DNA of 64,000 nt from assembly GCA_947463385.1 (NCBI GenBank), contig CANHSL010000003.1, forward strand, positions 658 to 64,657, given 5' to 3'. Under the pieces are notes generated by a model. That model saw only the letters and a list, made by a program, of their open reading frames with translations, was not told where the DNA came from and did not search any database. The position numbers and the translations under genes are program-made. This stretch comes from Flavobacteriales bacterium. Lineage in GTDB: Bacteria; Bacteroidota; Bacteroidia; Flavobacteriales_D; Crocinitomicaceae. Below, piece after piece: positions 35,778 to 48,736 of this stretch (positions are counted from its first letter, which is position 1; each line of letters opens with the position of its first letter).

Positions 35778-38315
35778 TTACAATTCACCAAGGTTCATGC
35801 CAATCGTGAAACTTAGCTTTGGATAAAATCCTTTAGTTGTAATCGAGGCATCGGATGGACCGTTATATCCAGAGCCCCAAGAATCTAATTTATCAAAGCC
35901 CAAGCCATAATCAAGGCCTAACATTCCGAACATTGGTAGAAAAACTCGAATTCCAACTCCTGCCGCTCGTTTCACGTTGAATGGGTTAAAGTTTTTCAAA
36001 TCTGGAAAGGTGTTTCCGGCTTCTAAAAATCCGGTAACATAAAATGTTGCTTGTGGATTTAATGAAATCGGATAACGTAATTCAAGTGTATATTTTGCAA
36101 TGATCGGATCGGATCCACCCGATGAAATCGCTTGATCTTCATATCCGCGAAGGGCAATAATTTCACGTCCTCCAAGCTGGTTAACACCTGTTAATCCACT
36201 TCCCCCCATCGTAAATCGATCGAATGGCGTAACTCCTTTCGCTGCTGTGTAAGCCCCTATATAACCAAAACCAAAGCGTGGCATTAGGACAAGCTTCCTA
36301 TTGGCCGTTAGAGGTAAATACCATTCCCCTGTAAATTTAAACTTGAAGTATTCTAGATATAGATACTTTTCAGCGATGGACATTGTTGAATAATCTAGCC
36401 CTTTTTGGAAATAGGAATAAGGCAAGGATGATTTCGCGGTAAACGTAAAATTCGATCCGCTCTGTGGGTAAATCGGTGCGCTAACCGAAGAACGTTGTAG
36501 TACATATTTCAATGCGATATCGTTAGAATATCCTTTAGGAAATAATGGGAACCTGAAATCATTCACAACATCATAATACTGATAACTCAATTCATAATAC
36601 GCGGTAAAGTAGTCGTCTGGGAATTTTTTTCTTCGTTGTAGTCCTACCCCAACCCCTGTAATTGAAATTCCATTGTAAGCCGGGTTAGTTCGTATAAATC
36701 CATTGGATGATAATGCCGTATTATTTAACCAAAAAGACAGCGCATTTGGTTTTTTACCTCCCAACCATGGTTCTGTAAAAGAGAAGGTATAGCCTTGATA
36801 AAATCGCCCATTCGATTGAGCTCGAATCGAAAGGCGTTGACCATCTCCACCTGGAAGCGGAGACCATGCAGATTTTTTGAAAAAATTCTTCGTGGAAAAA
36901 TTATTAAATGTTAGGCCAAGCGTTCCAATTACGCGACCAGATCCTGTTGGACCGGCGCCACCATATCCACCTGATAATTCAATTTGATCGGAAGATTTTT
37001 CTTCTACAACATATTGAATATCAACCGTTCCTTTTTCTGGGTTTGGCATGGGATTAACCTTCATGGTTTGATCGTTGAAAAATCCGAGCTGAGATAACTC
37101 GCGCTGCGTCCGCATGATATCCTCCTTATTAAACAAATCCCCCGGTTTCGTTCGGATTTCACGATAAATCACCTGATCGTTGGTTTTAGTATTACCAATA
37201 ACCGTTATCTCTCCGTATCTGGCTTCTTTTCCCTCATAAATTCTAAATTGATAATTGATGAAATTACCTGTAACGCCTGTTTCTACGGGATAAATTTGAA
37301 AAAACAAGTGTCCCTTATTCATATATAAGGAATTAATATCCCTTCCGTCCTCTCCTCCGTTCAAGCGTTTGTCTAGCAGTGTTTTATTGTATACATCGCC
37401 TTTTTTAATGCCAATTACTGAATCAAGAAAACTGGAACGGTATTTACTGTTGCCGTACCACTCAAAATCACCAAAATAATATTTACTTCCCTCATTAATT
37501 GTAATGCGTATAATTAAGTTCTTCGGGTCTTGAAAATACACCGTATCGCTTACGATATGTGCATCTCGTAATCCAGCGGCATAAAACTTTTCAATCAGTG
37601 CTTTTTTATCCTTTTCATAGGTAGATACCGTATACTTTGATCGTTTGAATATTCGCAATATAGACTTCTTTTTTGTGTCTTTCATTGCCATATAAAGTTT
37701 CCACGTTGCCACACTTTCCGCACCGTCAAGTTGAATTTCTTTGATCCCCACTTTTTCACCCCGTTCAATATTGATGACAAAAATCTCGGAATCATTCATT
37801 ATCGTATCCTTTATCCGTGTAATATCTGCAGAGACCGAATAAAATCCCTTTTCTCTAAAATATCCTCGAATTTTTGCATCGGTTTGAAACAATAAATTTT
37901 CTGTAATGGTTTTTCCTGAGAACAAATCTAACTCCTCTCGAAGCTTATCGGCCTCACGCTTCGGGATTCCTCTGAACTTAAAATGAGACAATTTAGGTCG
38001 TGCCTTTAAATGAATCGATAAATACACTACGCCTTGAATTTCCTTGTCTAAAACAATTGAAATATCAGAGAATAATTCCTCTTCCCAAAGGTTTCTTATC
38101 GCTTTACTCAGTTGATCGCCCGGAATCGTGATTTTCTGTCCTTGTCTAAGCCCCGCAACAGCTTTTATCGCTTGCTGGTCAAAATTATCGGCCCCTACAA
38201 CACGTACTGGCCCAATTTCATATTCCGTAGGAACGGAAAAATCTGACGTGTTATTAATAAATTGACCAAACACAGTGGAACAACAGATCAAGAATATATA
38301 TGCTAAAATTCTCAT
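35778..38315 (-). CDS. bamA: Outer membrane protein assembly factor BamA
   Basis: 845 aa with POTRA repeats and a C-terminal Omp85 barrel. Conserved uppS-bamA-skp synteny. Confidence 0.95.
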   Translation of the reverse strand: MRILAYIFLICCSTVFGQFINNTSDFSVPTEYEIGPVRVVGADNFDQQAIKAVAGLRQGQKITIPGDQLSKAIRNLWEEELFSDISIVLDKEIQGVVYLSIHLKARPKLSHFKFRGIPKREADKLREELDLFSGKTITENLLFQTDAKIRGYFREKGFYSVSADITRIKDTIMNDSEIFVINIERGEKVGIKEIQLDGAESVATWKLYMAMKDTKKKSILRIFKRSKYTVSTYEKDKKALIEKFYAAGLRDAHIVSDTVYFQDPKNLIIRITINEGSKYYFGDFEWYGNSKYRSSFLDSVIGIKKGDVYNKTLLDKRLNGGEDGRDINSLYMNKGHLFFQIYPVETGVTGNFINYQFRIYEGKEARYGEITVIGNTKTNDQVIYREIRTKPGDLFNKEDIMRTQRELSQLGFFNDQTMKVNPMPNPEKGTVDIQYVVEEKSSDQIELSGGYGGAGPTGSGRVIGTLGLTFNNFSTKNFFKKSAWSPLPGGDGQRLSIRAQSNGRFYQGYTFSFTEPWLGGKKPNALSFWLNNTALSSNGFIRTNPAYNGISITGVGVGLQRRKKFPDDYFTAYYELSYQYYDVVNDFRFPLFPKGYSNDIALKYVLQRSSVSAPIYPQSGSNFTFTAKSSLPYSYFQKGLDYSTMSIAEKYLYLEYFKFKFTGEWYLPLTANRKLVLMPRFGFGYIGAYTAAKGVTPFDRFTMGGSGLTGVNQLGGREIIALRGYEDQAISSGGSDPIIAKYTLELRYPISLNPQATFYVTGFLEAGNTFPDLKNFNPFNVKRAAGVGIRVFLPMFGMLGLDYGLGFDKLDSWGSGYNGPSDASITTKGFYPKLSFTIGMNLGEL

Positions 38316-39055
38316 TTCTCTAAAATTACTTGTTCTGAAGTTTTTCCAAAGCGGCGCTCCCTACGTTGATAATCATAGATTGCTTCCACTAAATGTTCTC
38401 TACGGAATTCTGGCCAAAACACAGGGGTAAAATGCAGTTCGGCATACGCCAATTGCCAAAGTAAAAAATTACTTACGCGGTGTTCTCCGCTGGTTCGGAT
38501 AACAAGTTCTGGGTCGGGTATATTGGCTGTATACAACGCCTGTTGAAACTCCTGTAAATTGATATCATCAAGGGCTAACGATCCATCAAGCACCCGTTGA
38601 ACTATTTTTTTTGTTGCCGAAACGATTTCTTCCCTGGAAGAATAATTAAGCGCTAGAATCAGATTAATTTTATCGTTTTTTGCTGTTGAATTAACAGCAT
38701 CCGTTAAACTATCTATACAGGCAGAAGGCAGTCGGCTCACATCGCCAATGGTTGAGAATCTTACACCACGCTCATTTAACGCCGGTAATTCTCCGTGAAT
38801 AGAGGCCACTAATAATTCCATCAAGCCATCTATCTCCTGTTGTGGTCTACCCCAATTTTCTGCTGAGAATGCATATAAGGTTAAATGTTTAACGCCGAAT
38901 TCAACTGCAGCCTTTAGTGTTTCACGAACGGAATCCACGCCACTTGAATGGCCATATAATCGATCTTGCCCTTTCGCTCTTGCCCACCGACCATTTCCAT
39001 CCATAATGATTGCAATATGCTTGGGAATATTTGATGAATCTAATTGCTTTGGCAC
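38312..39055 (-). CDS. uppS: Isoprenyl transferase (undecaprenyl diphosphate synthase)
   Basis: HIAIIMDGNGRWA and RTSGEHRVSNFLLWQ motifs. Confidence 0.96.
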   Translation of the reverse strand: MPKQLDSSNIPKHIAIIMDGNGRWARAKGQDRLYGHSSGVDSVRETLKAAVEFGVKHLTLYAFSAENWGRPQQEIDGLMELLVASIHGELPALNERGVRFSTIGDVSRLPSACIDSLTDAVNSTAKNDKINLILALNYSSREEIVSATKKIVQRVLDGSLALDDINLQEFQQALYTANIPDPELVIRTSGEHRVSNFLLWQLAYAELHFTPVFWPEFRREHLVEAIYDYQRRERRFGKTSEQVILEK

Positions 39056-39140
39056 CTTATTTATGGTTTATTTTACACGAATATAAAGAAAGTAAGGCGC
39101 TTGACCCAACACAAAGAACAAGTTAACATGTCTTAACAGC

Positions 39141-39418
39141 CTAGTCAGCTAATAAAACAATTTTGTCACCAAGCATTTCAGCAACACCCCCGTTTATTTC
39201 AAAACTGAATTTATTAGGCTCGGTTGTTTTAGTTAATTTTTCTGTTATTTCAGGAGTGACCTGAGCAACATCTATAATCACTGTACCAGCCTTCAGTGCC
39301 GAAATGATTGCCGCGTGACCATTTAATACTTGAAGTTCACCTTCAATTCCTGGCATTTTAACAGCATCTACCGCGCCATGAAAAACAAGGGCCTCTGGAG
39401 TTAGGATATCTAGAATCA

Positions 39419-39419
<1 letters not shown>
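39141..39419 (-). CDS. atpC: F0F1 ATP synthase subunit epsilon (short form)
   Basis: 92 aa. Overlaps the atpD stop by 1 nt (TAATG). Confidence 0.9.
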
Positions 39420-40954
<1,535 letters not shown>

Positions 40955-40980
40955 TTAAATTAATCCGAATGCAAAAATAA

Positions 40981-42189
40981 CTATGCTTTTTCGCTTGATT
41001 TTATTAAAAATGATGTTGTTATGAATGTGGCGACAAAACCCAGGCTACTCAACAGAACGAGTAATGCGAGCACTTGAAAAACATCAAATTTCGATGGGAA
41101 TGCATTAAGGGTGCCGGGAATCGTAATTAAATGGAGTTGTTCATGAAGAAAAACTAAAAGGGAACCTAAACCTAGGCCCATCAATACACCAAAACCAACA
41201 ATGATTAGTCCTAACACTATAAAGACACGTTTTATATCAACAGCGCTTAAGCCCAAAGAATACATGGTACTGAGTTGAGCCTTTTTCTCTAAAAAAGTCA
41301 TTGTTAACGAGGCAGAAAGATTAAATAGCGACAAAATGAAGACAAATACTAAAATAATCACCACAATAAGTTTTTCTGATTTGCTGGTTTTGAAGATTAA
41401 TTCATTCTTTTCTAAGTTGGTTTTAATCATAAATTGCTTGCCAAACTTGTTATTTAGGGTGGCATTGATGGCCGATCGATTATTGGTGTTAGTCTGGATT
41501 AACAGGCCGCTGACCTCATCATTAAAATACCCTTTTGCAAAACTCAAGGACACTAATAACACCTGATCGTTAACTTCTTTATTATAATCCACAGCACCAA
41601 CAACGGCAATGTTTTGCTGAAAAAAGGGGGATTTTCCAATTCGTATTTTACGGTCTTGACGCGGAATATATAATATGGCGGACTCAGGGGTTAAATCCAT
41701 GGAGCGTAGACCAAGTTTATTGGCCAGCCCTACACCAATCAATGCTTGATTTTCATTGTTCATCAAATTTCCATTAATCAGATGTTCGCGTGTGTACAAC
41801 TTGGCCATTTCATTGAATGAGGGTTCTACTGCCCACAATTCTGCATTTGCCCACTTCTTTTTCTTACGGAGAATTATTCGTTCTTGAATAAATAAACTGG
41901 TGCGTTCTACGCCTTGAAGTTGTTCTGAAAAATATACTAATTGTTTTAACGAGTCTGGATTGATTTTTTTGCTTTCTCTTGGTCGTACTATAATCTCCTG
42001 GTCAAATTCCGTATACAATCCTTCGATCATTCCTTCAATTCCATTAAAGGCAGAGAGTAAAATCACCATGGCGGCGGCAGAAACCAACATACCAAGAACA
42101 GCAATCCAAGAAATTACCGATACGGCAGTTTTTTTTTGTCTTGAAATCAATAAGCGCTTTGCAATAAAAAAAACGGTGCGAAGTTTCAC
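40981..42189 (-). CDS. FtsX-like (LolC/E-type) ABC transporter permease
   Basis: 402 aa with an N-terminal TM, a large periplasmic loop and three C-terminal TM segments. Conserved pairing with rbfA. Confidence 0.87.
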   Translation of the reverse strand: MKLRTVFFIAKRLLISRQKKTAVSVISWIAVLGMLVSAAAMVILLSAFNGIEGMIEGLYTEFDQEIIVRPRESKKINPDSLKQLVYFSEQLQGVERTSLFIQERIILRKKKKWANAELWAVEPSFNEMAKLYTREHLINGNLMNNENQALIGVGLANKLGLRSMDLTPESAILYIPRQDRKIRIGKSPFFQQNIAVVGAVDYNKEVNDQVLLVSLSFAKGYFNDEVSGLLIQTNTNNRSAINATLNNKFGKQFMIKTNLEKNELIFKTSKSEKLIVVIILVFVFILSLFNLSASLTMTFLEKKAQLSTMYSLGLSAVDIKRVFIVLGLIIVGFGVLMGLGLGSLLVFLHEQLHLITIPGTLNAFPSKFDVFQVLALLVLLSSLGFVATFITTSFLIKSSEKA

Positions 42190-42521
42190 TTTTTCAGCAA
42201 CTTGTCTATTTGGTCTGCATAATCCAATGAGTCATCCAAGAAAAATCTTAAACTCGGAATTTTACGCATATTTTTGAGTCGATTTCCAACCTCACGTCTT
42301 ATTAACCCAGTATTCGATTCAATGGATTGCAAAACGCGCTGTGGTTCTTGATGGGCGAAAACACTTAGGTAACATCGAGCTAATGATAAATCAGCCGTAA
42401 CCCGAACTACAGTTACAGATACCATTGCACCTAAGGTAATTTCACTTGCTTTCGTCAAAAGGAAACTTGATAGCTCTTGACGAATGGCGGCCTCTATTTT
42501 TTGCTGTCTTATACTGCTCAT
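42186..42521 (-). CDS. rbfA: Ribosome-binding factor A
   Basis: 111 aa. VTVVRVTADLSLARCYLSVF is typical of RbfA. Confidence 0.93.
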   Translation of the reverse strand: MSSIRQQKIEAAIRQELSSFLLTKASEITLGAMVSVTVVRVTADLSLARCYLSVFAHQEPQRVLQSIESNTGLIRREVGNRLKNMRKIPSLRFFLDDSLDYADQIDKLLKK

Positions 42522-42571
42522 TGGGTCAAAGTTACGAATCTTAGCGAGGTCTTTTACCTTGTCTTAACAAA

Positions 42572-44440
42572 ATGTATCTTTGTACTTCCTTGAAAGACCT
42601 TAAAGAAATTATCAAGTATACGTTTGTATACAAAGGAATTGCAATACTTGTTGTTGTTTGCAACTTGCTGTTCGTTGTTTTTAATCTGCTTTCGCTGGTA
42701 TTATTTATTCCCGTATTGCAACTTATTTTTAGAGCTCCGGCTGAGCTTCATGTGCCTTCCTACCCAAGCACTCCTGATTCCCTATTAGATGTTGGGACAT
42801 TTCTGAAAGAGTTCTATCAGTTTCACATGGCTTCGTTAGTAAAGCATGACCCAAAATTTGCGCTCATTGTTGTTTGTTTAAGTGTTTTTTTCGCTTTTTT
42901 CCTTAAAAATCTATTTAGATATGGTGCTGTTTGGTTTCAATCGGAATTACGCATGGCCGTTGTGAGAGATGTGCGAAATAAAATTTTTTACAAATCCCTA
43001 ATCTTACCCCTTTCGTTTCATTCAAATGAGCGTCGAGGCGATATAATGGCGCGAATGAATAGTGATGTTGGCGAGATTGAAATCGCTGTAGTTAGCATGC
43101 TTGAACTCGTTTTCCGAGAGCCAATTGCGGTCATTATCAATGTGGTCACCTTAATTCTTTTAAGCCCAGAACTCACCTTGTTCTCGCTGTTTCTCTTGCC
43201 AATTTCTGCCTTAGTTATTTCGCGAATCAACAAAAGCTTGAAAAAAACTGCCAAGCAAGGCCAAGAACAAACAGGCGTTTTATACTCTTCCATTGACGAA
43301 GCACTGAACGGTATTCGAATTATTAAGGCATTCAATGCAATTCAATTTATTAAACAACGCTTTGAAGCTGTAAACCTTCGACATCAACAACTTATTACTA
43401 AAACGTTTAGAAAGAAAGACCTTGCCCCCCTCATTAATGAAACACTAGGCGCGCTCATCATGCTATTACTAGTTTATTTTGGTGGGATCTTGATTCTTGA
43501 CCGTCAAAGCGACGGGCTATCTGGAGAAGTTTTTCTGACCTTTGTAATTGTTTTTTCACAAATGCTTCGCCCGATTCAAGGCATTTCATCCGCACTTGCC
43601 AATTTAGCGAAGGCACGTGTTTCCTTAGATCGAATAAATGAAATTCTCGACCAGGATGTTGTAATTAGGAACGCTGAAGGTGCTATTCACCTAAAAGAAT
43701 TCAAGGACGCAATTCGTTTTGAAATGGTTTCCTTTGCATACAATGCTGAGGCCGTCCTTAAAGATGTTTCGTTTAGTATCAAAAAGGGACAAACGATAGC
43801 TGTCGTTGGGGAGTCTGGAAGCGGAAAGTCTACCTTATTGGATTTAATCCCAAGATTTCACGACCCCTCTTTCGGTAACATCTCTATTGACGGCGTTGAT
43901 TTACGCACAATTGAAATTAATGAGTTGCGACAACTCATTGGTATTGTGGCTCAAGACTCGCTGCTCTTTAATGCGACGATTTTAGAAAACATCGCCTTTG
44001 GGGATGAAAACCCCGACATGGACCGCGCAATCAATGCCGCAAAGAATGCCAATGCGTATGATTTTATTGCCGCGCTAGACGGAGGATTTGCATATAACGT
44101 TGGAGACCGAGGAAATAAACTTTCTGGCGGTCAAAAACAACGCATCAGCATCGCTCGCGCAATGTACAAAAACCCGGAAATCCTCTTACTTGATGAAGCC
44201 ACTTCTGCGTTGGATACGGAATCTGAACGACAAGTACAGCTTGCGCTAGATGCCATAATGAAAGGAAAAACAAGTATAGTAGTGGCGCATCGGTTAAGTA
44301 CTATTATCAACGCAGACATCATCATTGTTTTCAAAAAAGGTGAAATTGTGGAATCGGGTTCACACCATGATCTCATGAGTAAAAAAGGCGAATATGCCCG
44401 CTTTTGTCAACTGCAAGGAATAGGCCTTGAAAATATTTAA
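42572..44440 (+). CDS. ABC transporter, fused permease/ATPase (MsbA-like exporter)
   Basis: 6 TM segments plus a nucleotide-binding domain with GESGSGKST, LSGGQKQRISIARA and LLLDEATSALD. The start is ambiguous: a TATCTTTG box sits at 42575-42582, inside the first codons. Confidence 0.93.
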   Translation: MYLCTSLKDLKEIIKYTFVYKGIAILVVVCNLLFVVFNLLSLVLFIPVLQLIFRAPAELHVPSYPSTPDSLLDVGTFLKEFYQFHMASLVKHDPKFALIVVCLSVFFAFFLKNLFRYGAVWFQSELRMAVVRDVRNKIFYKSLILPLSFHSNERRGDIMARMNSDVGEIEIAVVSMLELVFREPIAVIINVVTLILLSPELTLFSLFLLPISALVISRINKSLKKTAKQGQEQTGVLYSSIDEALNGIRIIKAFNAIQFIKQRFEAVNLRHQQLITKTFRKKDLAPLINETLGALIMLLLVYFGGILILDRQSDGLSGEVFLTFVIVFSQMLRPIQGISSALANLAKARVSLDRINEILDQDVVIRNAEGAIHLKEFKDAIRFEMVSFAYNAEAVLKDVSFSIKKGQTIAVVGESGSGKSTLLDLIPRFHDPSFGNISIDGVDLRTIEINELRQLIGIVAQDSLLFNATILENIAFGDENPDMDRAINAAKNANAYDFIAALDGGFAYNVGDRGNKLSGGQKQRISIARAMYKNPEILLLDEATSALDTESERQVQLALDAIMKGKTSIVVAHRLSTIINADIIIVFKKGEIVESGSHHDLMSKKGEYARFCQLQGIGLENI

Positions 44441-44493
44441 AAAAAGGCTTAACTTTTACCAACGTTTTTCGTTTTAATTCGTTCAACTATAAC

Positions 44494-46881
44494 ATGAGGT
44501 CTTGGCACATTTTATTGGCTTTAATTTTTCTGCTTAAACTAAACCTTGGCCTGAGTCAGCTTGTTACCGCGAGCGGACAAGCCCCGCAAGGATTAGTTCA
44601 AAATGTGTTGATAGGACCTGGAGTTACTGTCAGTAATATATTATACAATGGAAGTCCAACGGCCATTGGATCATTTACTGCAACCGGAACAAATCTTGGT
44701 ATAGCTCAAGGAATAGTAATGACAACGGGAACAATCATGAACAACGGAGCTGGTCCACAAGGCCCAAACAATGCCGCTTCTTCAGGAACAGATAACAACA
44801 TGCCCGGTTCTGGTATCCTTTCTGGTATAATTCAAGGAACCCAAACGTATAATGCCGCAACGCTTGAATTTGATTTTATACCGTATGCGGACACCGTAAG
44901 ATTCAAATACGTATTTGGTTCTGAAGAATATCCCGAATTTGCCCCACCAAATAATTCAACCTATAATGATGTGTTTGGGTTCTTTATCTCCGGACCCGGA
45001 ATAACTGGATTGCAAAATATTGCCCAGCTTCCAAATGGTGGTGGTGTGGTCTCCATTAATAATGTAAATGCGATTACTAATTCATTGTATTACAATGCCA
45101 ATGGCGATGGAACGATGGCTCCATATAATACGTCCCCAAATTATATTCAATATGACGGATTCACCGATGTACTGGAAGCTGTTTCCGCGGTCCAATGTGG
45201 GCAAACATACCATTTAATCCTTGCCATTGCGGACGTTGGTGATGGTTCTTGGGACTCCGGGATTTTTTTAGAAGCTAACAGTTTAAGCTCTAAAACGCCT
45301 GTAGATGTTAGCTCTTCTATTTCTCAACAAGTATTCCCTAATCCAGATTGGATGGCTGAAGGCTGTGTTTCAGCTACGGTTACGGTAACACGTCAGAACA
45401 ATATTAATAGCCCGCTTTCCATTCCATTAAGCGTGAGTGGTTCGGCAACACAAGGGGTTGATTATTCAGGAATTCCAAATGCTGTAAATTTTAGTCCCGG
45501 CCAGGCTATTTACACGTTTCAAATCAATGTAAATGCGGATAATTTCGCGGAAGGACTCGAGACCATAGTTCTCAATTTCAATGTGGCTGACCCCTGCGGT
45601 AATGTTACCCCAATTCCATTAACCTTGTATATCCAAGATGTTCCGCCTTTAACACTTAGCCTAAACGACACCACGTTGTTGTGTCCGAACCAACCCATTA
45701 GCTTAACCGCAGTAATTAGTGGGGGGGTTCAGCCATATACATATCTTTGGAGCACTGGGGCAACTACGGCAGCCATTTCATTTACTCCACAATCGTCGCA
45801 AACCATTTATGTTCAGGTTACCGATAATTGCACCGGACTAACCCTTACTGATTCAGCCTTGGTGAGTGTACCTGTCTTTCCGCCGCTTTCCATTTTGCTT
45901 TCGCCCGATGTTACCGAAATTTGCCCCTATCTTTCTCACACCTTCTACAGTACAGTTAATGGTGGAAATGGAAATTATACCTATGCCTGGAGAACCCTTG
46001 GCTCAAATTCGGTCCTATCAACCTCGGATAGCCTAAACGTTACGCCAAGCAGCACCAACAGTTACGTGTTTACCGTAACAGACGGGTGCGGAAATATTGC
46101 CCGTGATACCGTTACGTACACCATTACGAGTCCCCCACTCCTATTGAGTATGACGCCAACACAATATATCTGTCCGGGAGATAGTGCCTTTGTAAGTGTG
46201 ATTGCAAGTGGTGGTTATGGAAACTACTACTATCTCTGGCCATCGAACGGGGCAACAACTCCTGGGATTTGGGTTTACCCAGGCAGCACCAACAGCTATC
46301 AAGTCTTGGTGTCTGATGAATGTCAATCGTTCAATGTGAGTGGATTCAGTCAGGTTCAGATTGTTAAACCTGTAGCAGACTTCACAATATTAACCACAGA
46401 TCCAACGGAGAATTTACCAACCTCGTTTTATAACCTGACACAAAATGGCTTTGGATACCAATGGTTTTTTGGGGATGGCAGTGGTTCATACGAAGTTCAT
46501 CCAACGCACACCTTTTCTCCATATGGGGAATATCTAATTACTTTAATTGCTACGGACATGAATGGCTGCGTTGATAGCATTACCAAACCGATTTATATTC
46601 AAGAGGAATTCTATATTTATATTCCCAATACATTTTTACCGGATGAAAACCGAATTAACGATGTGTTTTCCGGTAGTTTTATTGGCGTAGAATGGATAAA
46701 CATTGAGGTGTTTAATCGTTGGGGAGAGCGCTTGTTTTTCTCCGATCAACTAGATTTTAAGTGGGATGGAATATATAACGGCACAAAAGTTCCTGACGGC
46801 GTGTACACCTGGAAACTTATCTATCGAAGAAATAGAATGCAAGAACAACAACTGACGGGGCACGTAACCGTGATAAAATAG
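44494..46881 (+). CDS. T9SS-secreted multidomain protein: choice-of-anchor-L-like N-terminus, Calx-beta-like domain, Ig-like repeats, PKD domain, and a type B (CHU_C/gliding-associated) C-terminal domain
   Basis: 795 aa. GLVQNVLIGPGVTVSNILYNG...; SVSGSATQGVDYSGIP...; repeats containing PYTYLWSTG; PKD signature WFFGDGSG...YLITLIATD; C-terminal IPNTF.PD.N..ND.F...FNRWGE..F....W.G.YNG...P.GVY. Confidence 0.88.
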   Translation: MRSWHILLALIFLLKLNLGLSQLVTASGQAPQGLVQNVLIGPGVTVSNILYNGSPTAIGSFTATGTNLGIAQGIVMTTGTIMNNGAGPQGPNNAASSGTDNNMPGSGILSGIIQGTQTYNAATLEFDFIPYADTVRFKYVFGSEEYPEFAPPNNSTYNDVFGFFISGPGITGLQNIAQLPNGGGVVSINNVNAITNSLYYNANGDGTMAPYNTSPNYIQYDGFTDVLEAVSAVQCGQTYHLILAIADVGDGSWDSGIFLEANSLSSKTPVDVSSSISQQVFPNPDWMAEGCVSATVTVTRQNNINSPLSIPLSVSGSATQGVDYSGIPNAVNFSPGQAIYTFQINVNADNFAEGLETIVLNFNVADPCGNVTPIPLTLYIQDVPPLTLSLNDTTLLCPNQPISLTAVISGGVQPYTYLWSTGATTAAISFTPQSSQTIYVQVTDNCTGLTLTDSALVSVPVFPPLSILLSPDVTEICPYLSHTFYSTVNGGNGNYTYAWRTLGSNSVLSTSDSLNVTPSSTNSYVFTVTDGCGNIARDTVTYTITSPPLLLSMTPTQYICPGDSAFVSVIASGGYGNYYYLWPSNGATTPGIWVYPGSTNSYQVLVSDECQSFNVSGFSQVQIVKPVADFTILTTDPTENLPTSFYNLTQNGFGYQWFFGDGSGSYEVHPTHTFSPYGEYLITLIATDMNGCVDSITKPIYIQEEFYIYIPNTFLPDENRINDVFSGSFIGVEWINIEVFNRWGERLFFSDQLDFKWDGIYNGTKVPDGVYTWKLIYRRNRMQEQQLTGHVTVIK

Positions 46882-46929
46882 TGGAATTCTCCCAAGAATA
46901 TCAAGAGTTATTGTAACTTCGCAAACACT

Positions 46930-48726
46930 ATGAAGAACATTCGTAATTTTTGCATCATTGCCCATATTGATCACGGGAAAAGCACCCTTGCTGACCGATT
47001 ATTACAAGCAACCAACACCATTTCTGATCGGGAAATGAAAGACCAAGCGTTGGATGATATGGACCTTGAGCGTGAGCGTGGTATAACCATAAAAAGCCAT
47101 GCGATTCAAATGAATTATCAGCACAATGGAGAAGATTACGTCTTAAATTTAATTGATACCCCAGGACACGTAGACTTTTCATATGAGGTTTCTCGTTCCA
47201 TTGCCGCATGCGAAGGCGCATTACTTATTGTTGATGCAACCCAAGGAATTGAAGCACAAACCATTTCTAATTTATATTTAGCATTAGAACATGATTTGGA
47301 AATAATTCCCATTTTAAATAAAATGGATCTTCCGAGCGCTATGCCTGAGGAGGTTTCAGATCAAATTATTGAGTTAATTGGGTGCAAACCAGAAGAAATT
47401 ATACCTGCTTCTGGAAAAACCGGATTGGGCGTTGATCAGATTCTAGATGCCGTTATCAATCGGATTCCCTGCCCAAAAGGCGACGAAGACGCGCCATTAC
47501 AGGCAATGATTTTCGATTCAGTATTTAACTCCTTTCGAGGAATTATTGCATATTATCGAGTCAGAAATGGCGTAATTAAAAAGGGGCAAAAAGTACGCTT
47601 CTTTAATACTGGGAAAGATTATAACGCCGATGAAATTGGGATTCTTAAAATGGATCTTGTACCCAAAAAAGAAGTGAGAGCTGGAGATGTGGGATATATA
47701 ATATCCGGAATAAAAGCAGCAAACGAAGTAAAGGTTGGAGATACCATTACTACGGCAGAACGTCCGTGTGATGCAGCAATCAAAGGGTTTGAAGATGTTA
47801 AACCTATGGTATTTGCTGGAATATATCCTGTGGATAATGAAGATTACGAAGAGCTTCGGTACTCCATGGAGAAACTGCAATTAAATGATTCTTCCCTTGT
47901 TTTTGAACCCGAATCATCCGCTGCTTTAGGCTTTGGATTTCGTTGTGGATTTTTAGGGATGCTTCACATGGAAATCATCCAAGAACGTCTTGAACGGGAA
48001 TTCAACATGACCGTTATTACCACGGTTCCCAACGTATCCTATCACACCTATATGAAACGGGATGTAGAGGCTAGACTCATCGTTAACAACCCGTCTGAAT
48101 TACCTGATCCAGCAGGAGTAGATCGTATTGAAGAACCCTATATAAAAGCACAAGTCATTACCAAATCAGAATTTGTTGGTTCTATAATGACCTTGTGTAT
48201 TGAAAAGCGGGGTGAACTAAAGAATCAAGTGTATCTCACACAAGACCGTGTTGAAATCACCTTTGAAATGCCTCTAGCGGAAATTGTATTTGATTTTTAC
48301 GACCGCTTAAAAACGGTATCAAAAGGCTACGCCTCGTTTGATTATCATCCGATTGGATACAAAGAATCTGATCTAGTTAAAATGGACTTGCTACTCAATG
48401 GCGAACAAGTAGATGCCTTATCTGCATTAGTACACCGTAGCAATGCCTTTGACTTAGGTAAAAAAATCTGCATTAAACTGCGTGAGTTAATCCCTAGGCA
48501 ACAATTTGAAATCCCTATACAAGCGGCAATTGGAGCGAAAGTCATTGCCCGAGAGACCATCAAAGCGCTTAGAAAAGACGTTACCGCCAAATGTTATGGT
48601 GGTGATATCACGAGAAAACGAAAATTATTAGAGAAACAAAAAGCAGGTAAGAAACGTATGCGACAAGTAGGTCGAGTTGAGGTACCTCAAGAAGCCTTTC
48701 TTGCCGTATTAAAATTAAACGATTAA
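46930..48726 (+). CDS. lepA: Translation elongation factor 4
   Basis: 598 aa. [18 protein letters not shown] and the conserved LepA C-terminus. Confidence 0.98.
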   Translation: MKNIRNFCIIAHIDHGKSTLADRLLQATNTISDREMKDQALDDMDLERERGITIKSHAIQMNYQHNGEDYVLNLIDTPGHVDFSYEVSRSIAACEGALLIVDATQGIEAQTISNLYLALEHDLEIIPILNKMDLPSAMPEEVSDQIIELIGCKPEEIIPASGKTGLGVDQILDAVINRIPCPKGDEDAPLQAMIFDSVFNSFRGIIAYYRVRNGVIKKGQKVRFFNTGKDYNADEIGILKMDLVPKKEVRAGDVGYIISGIKAANEVKVGDTITTAERPCDAAIKGFEDVKPMVFAGIYPVDNEDYEELRYSMEKLQLNDSSLVFEPESSAALGFGFRCGFLGMLHMEIIQERLEREFNMTVITTVPNVSYHTYMKRDVEARLIVNNPSELPDPAGVDRIEEPYIKAQVITKSEFVGSIMTLCIEKRGELKNQVYLTQDRVEITFEMPLAEIVFDFYDRLKTVSKGYASFDYHPIGYKESDLVKMDLLLNGEQVDALSALVHRSNAFDLGKKICIKLRELIPRQQFEIPIQAAIGAKVIARETIKALRKDVTAKCYGGDITRKRKLLEKQKAGKKRMRQVGRVEVPQEAFLAVLKLND

Positions 48727-48736
48727 TTTAGAATTT

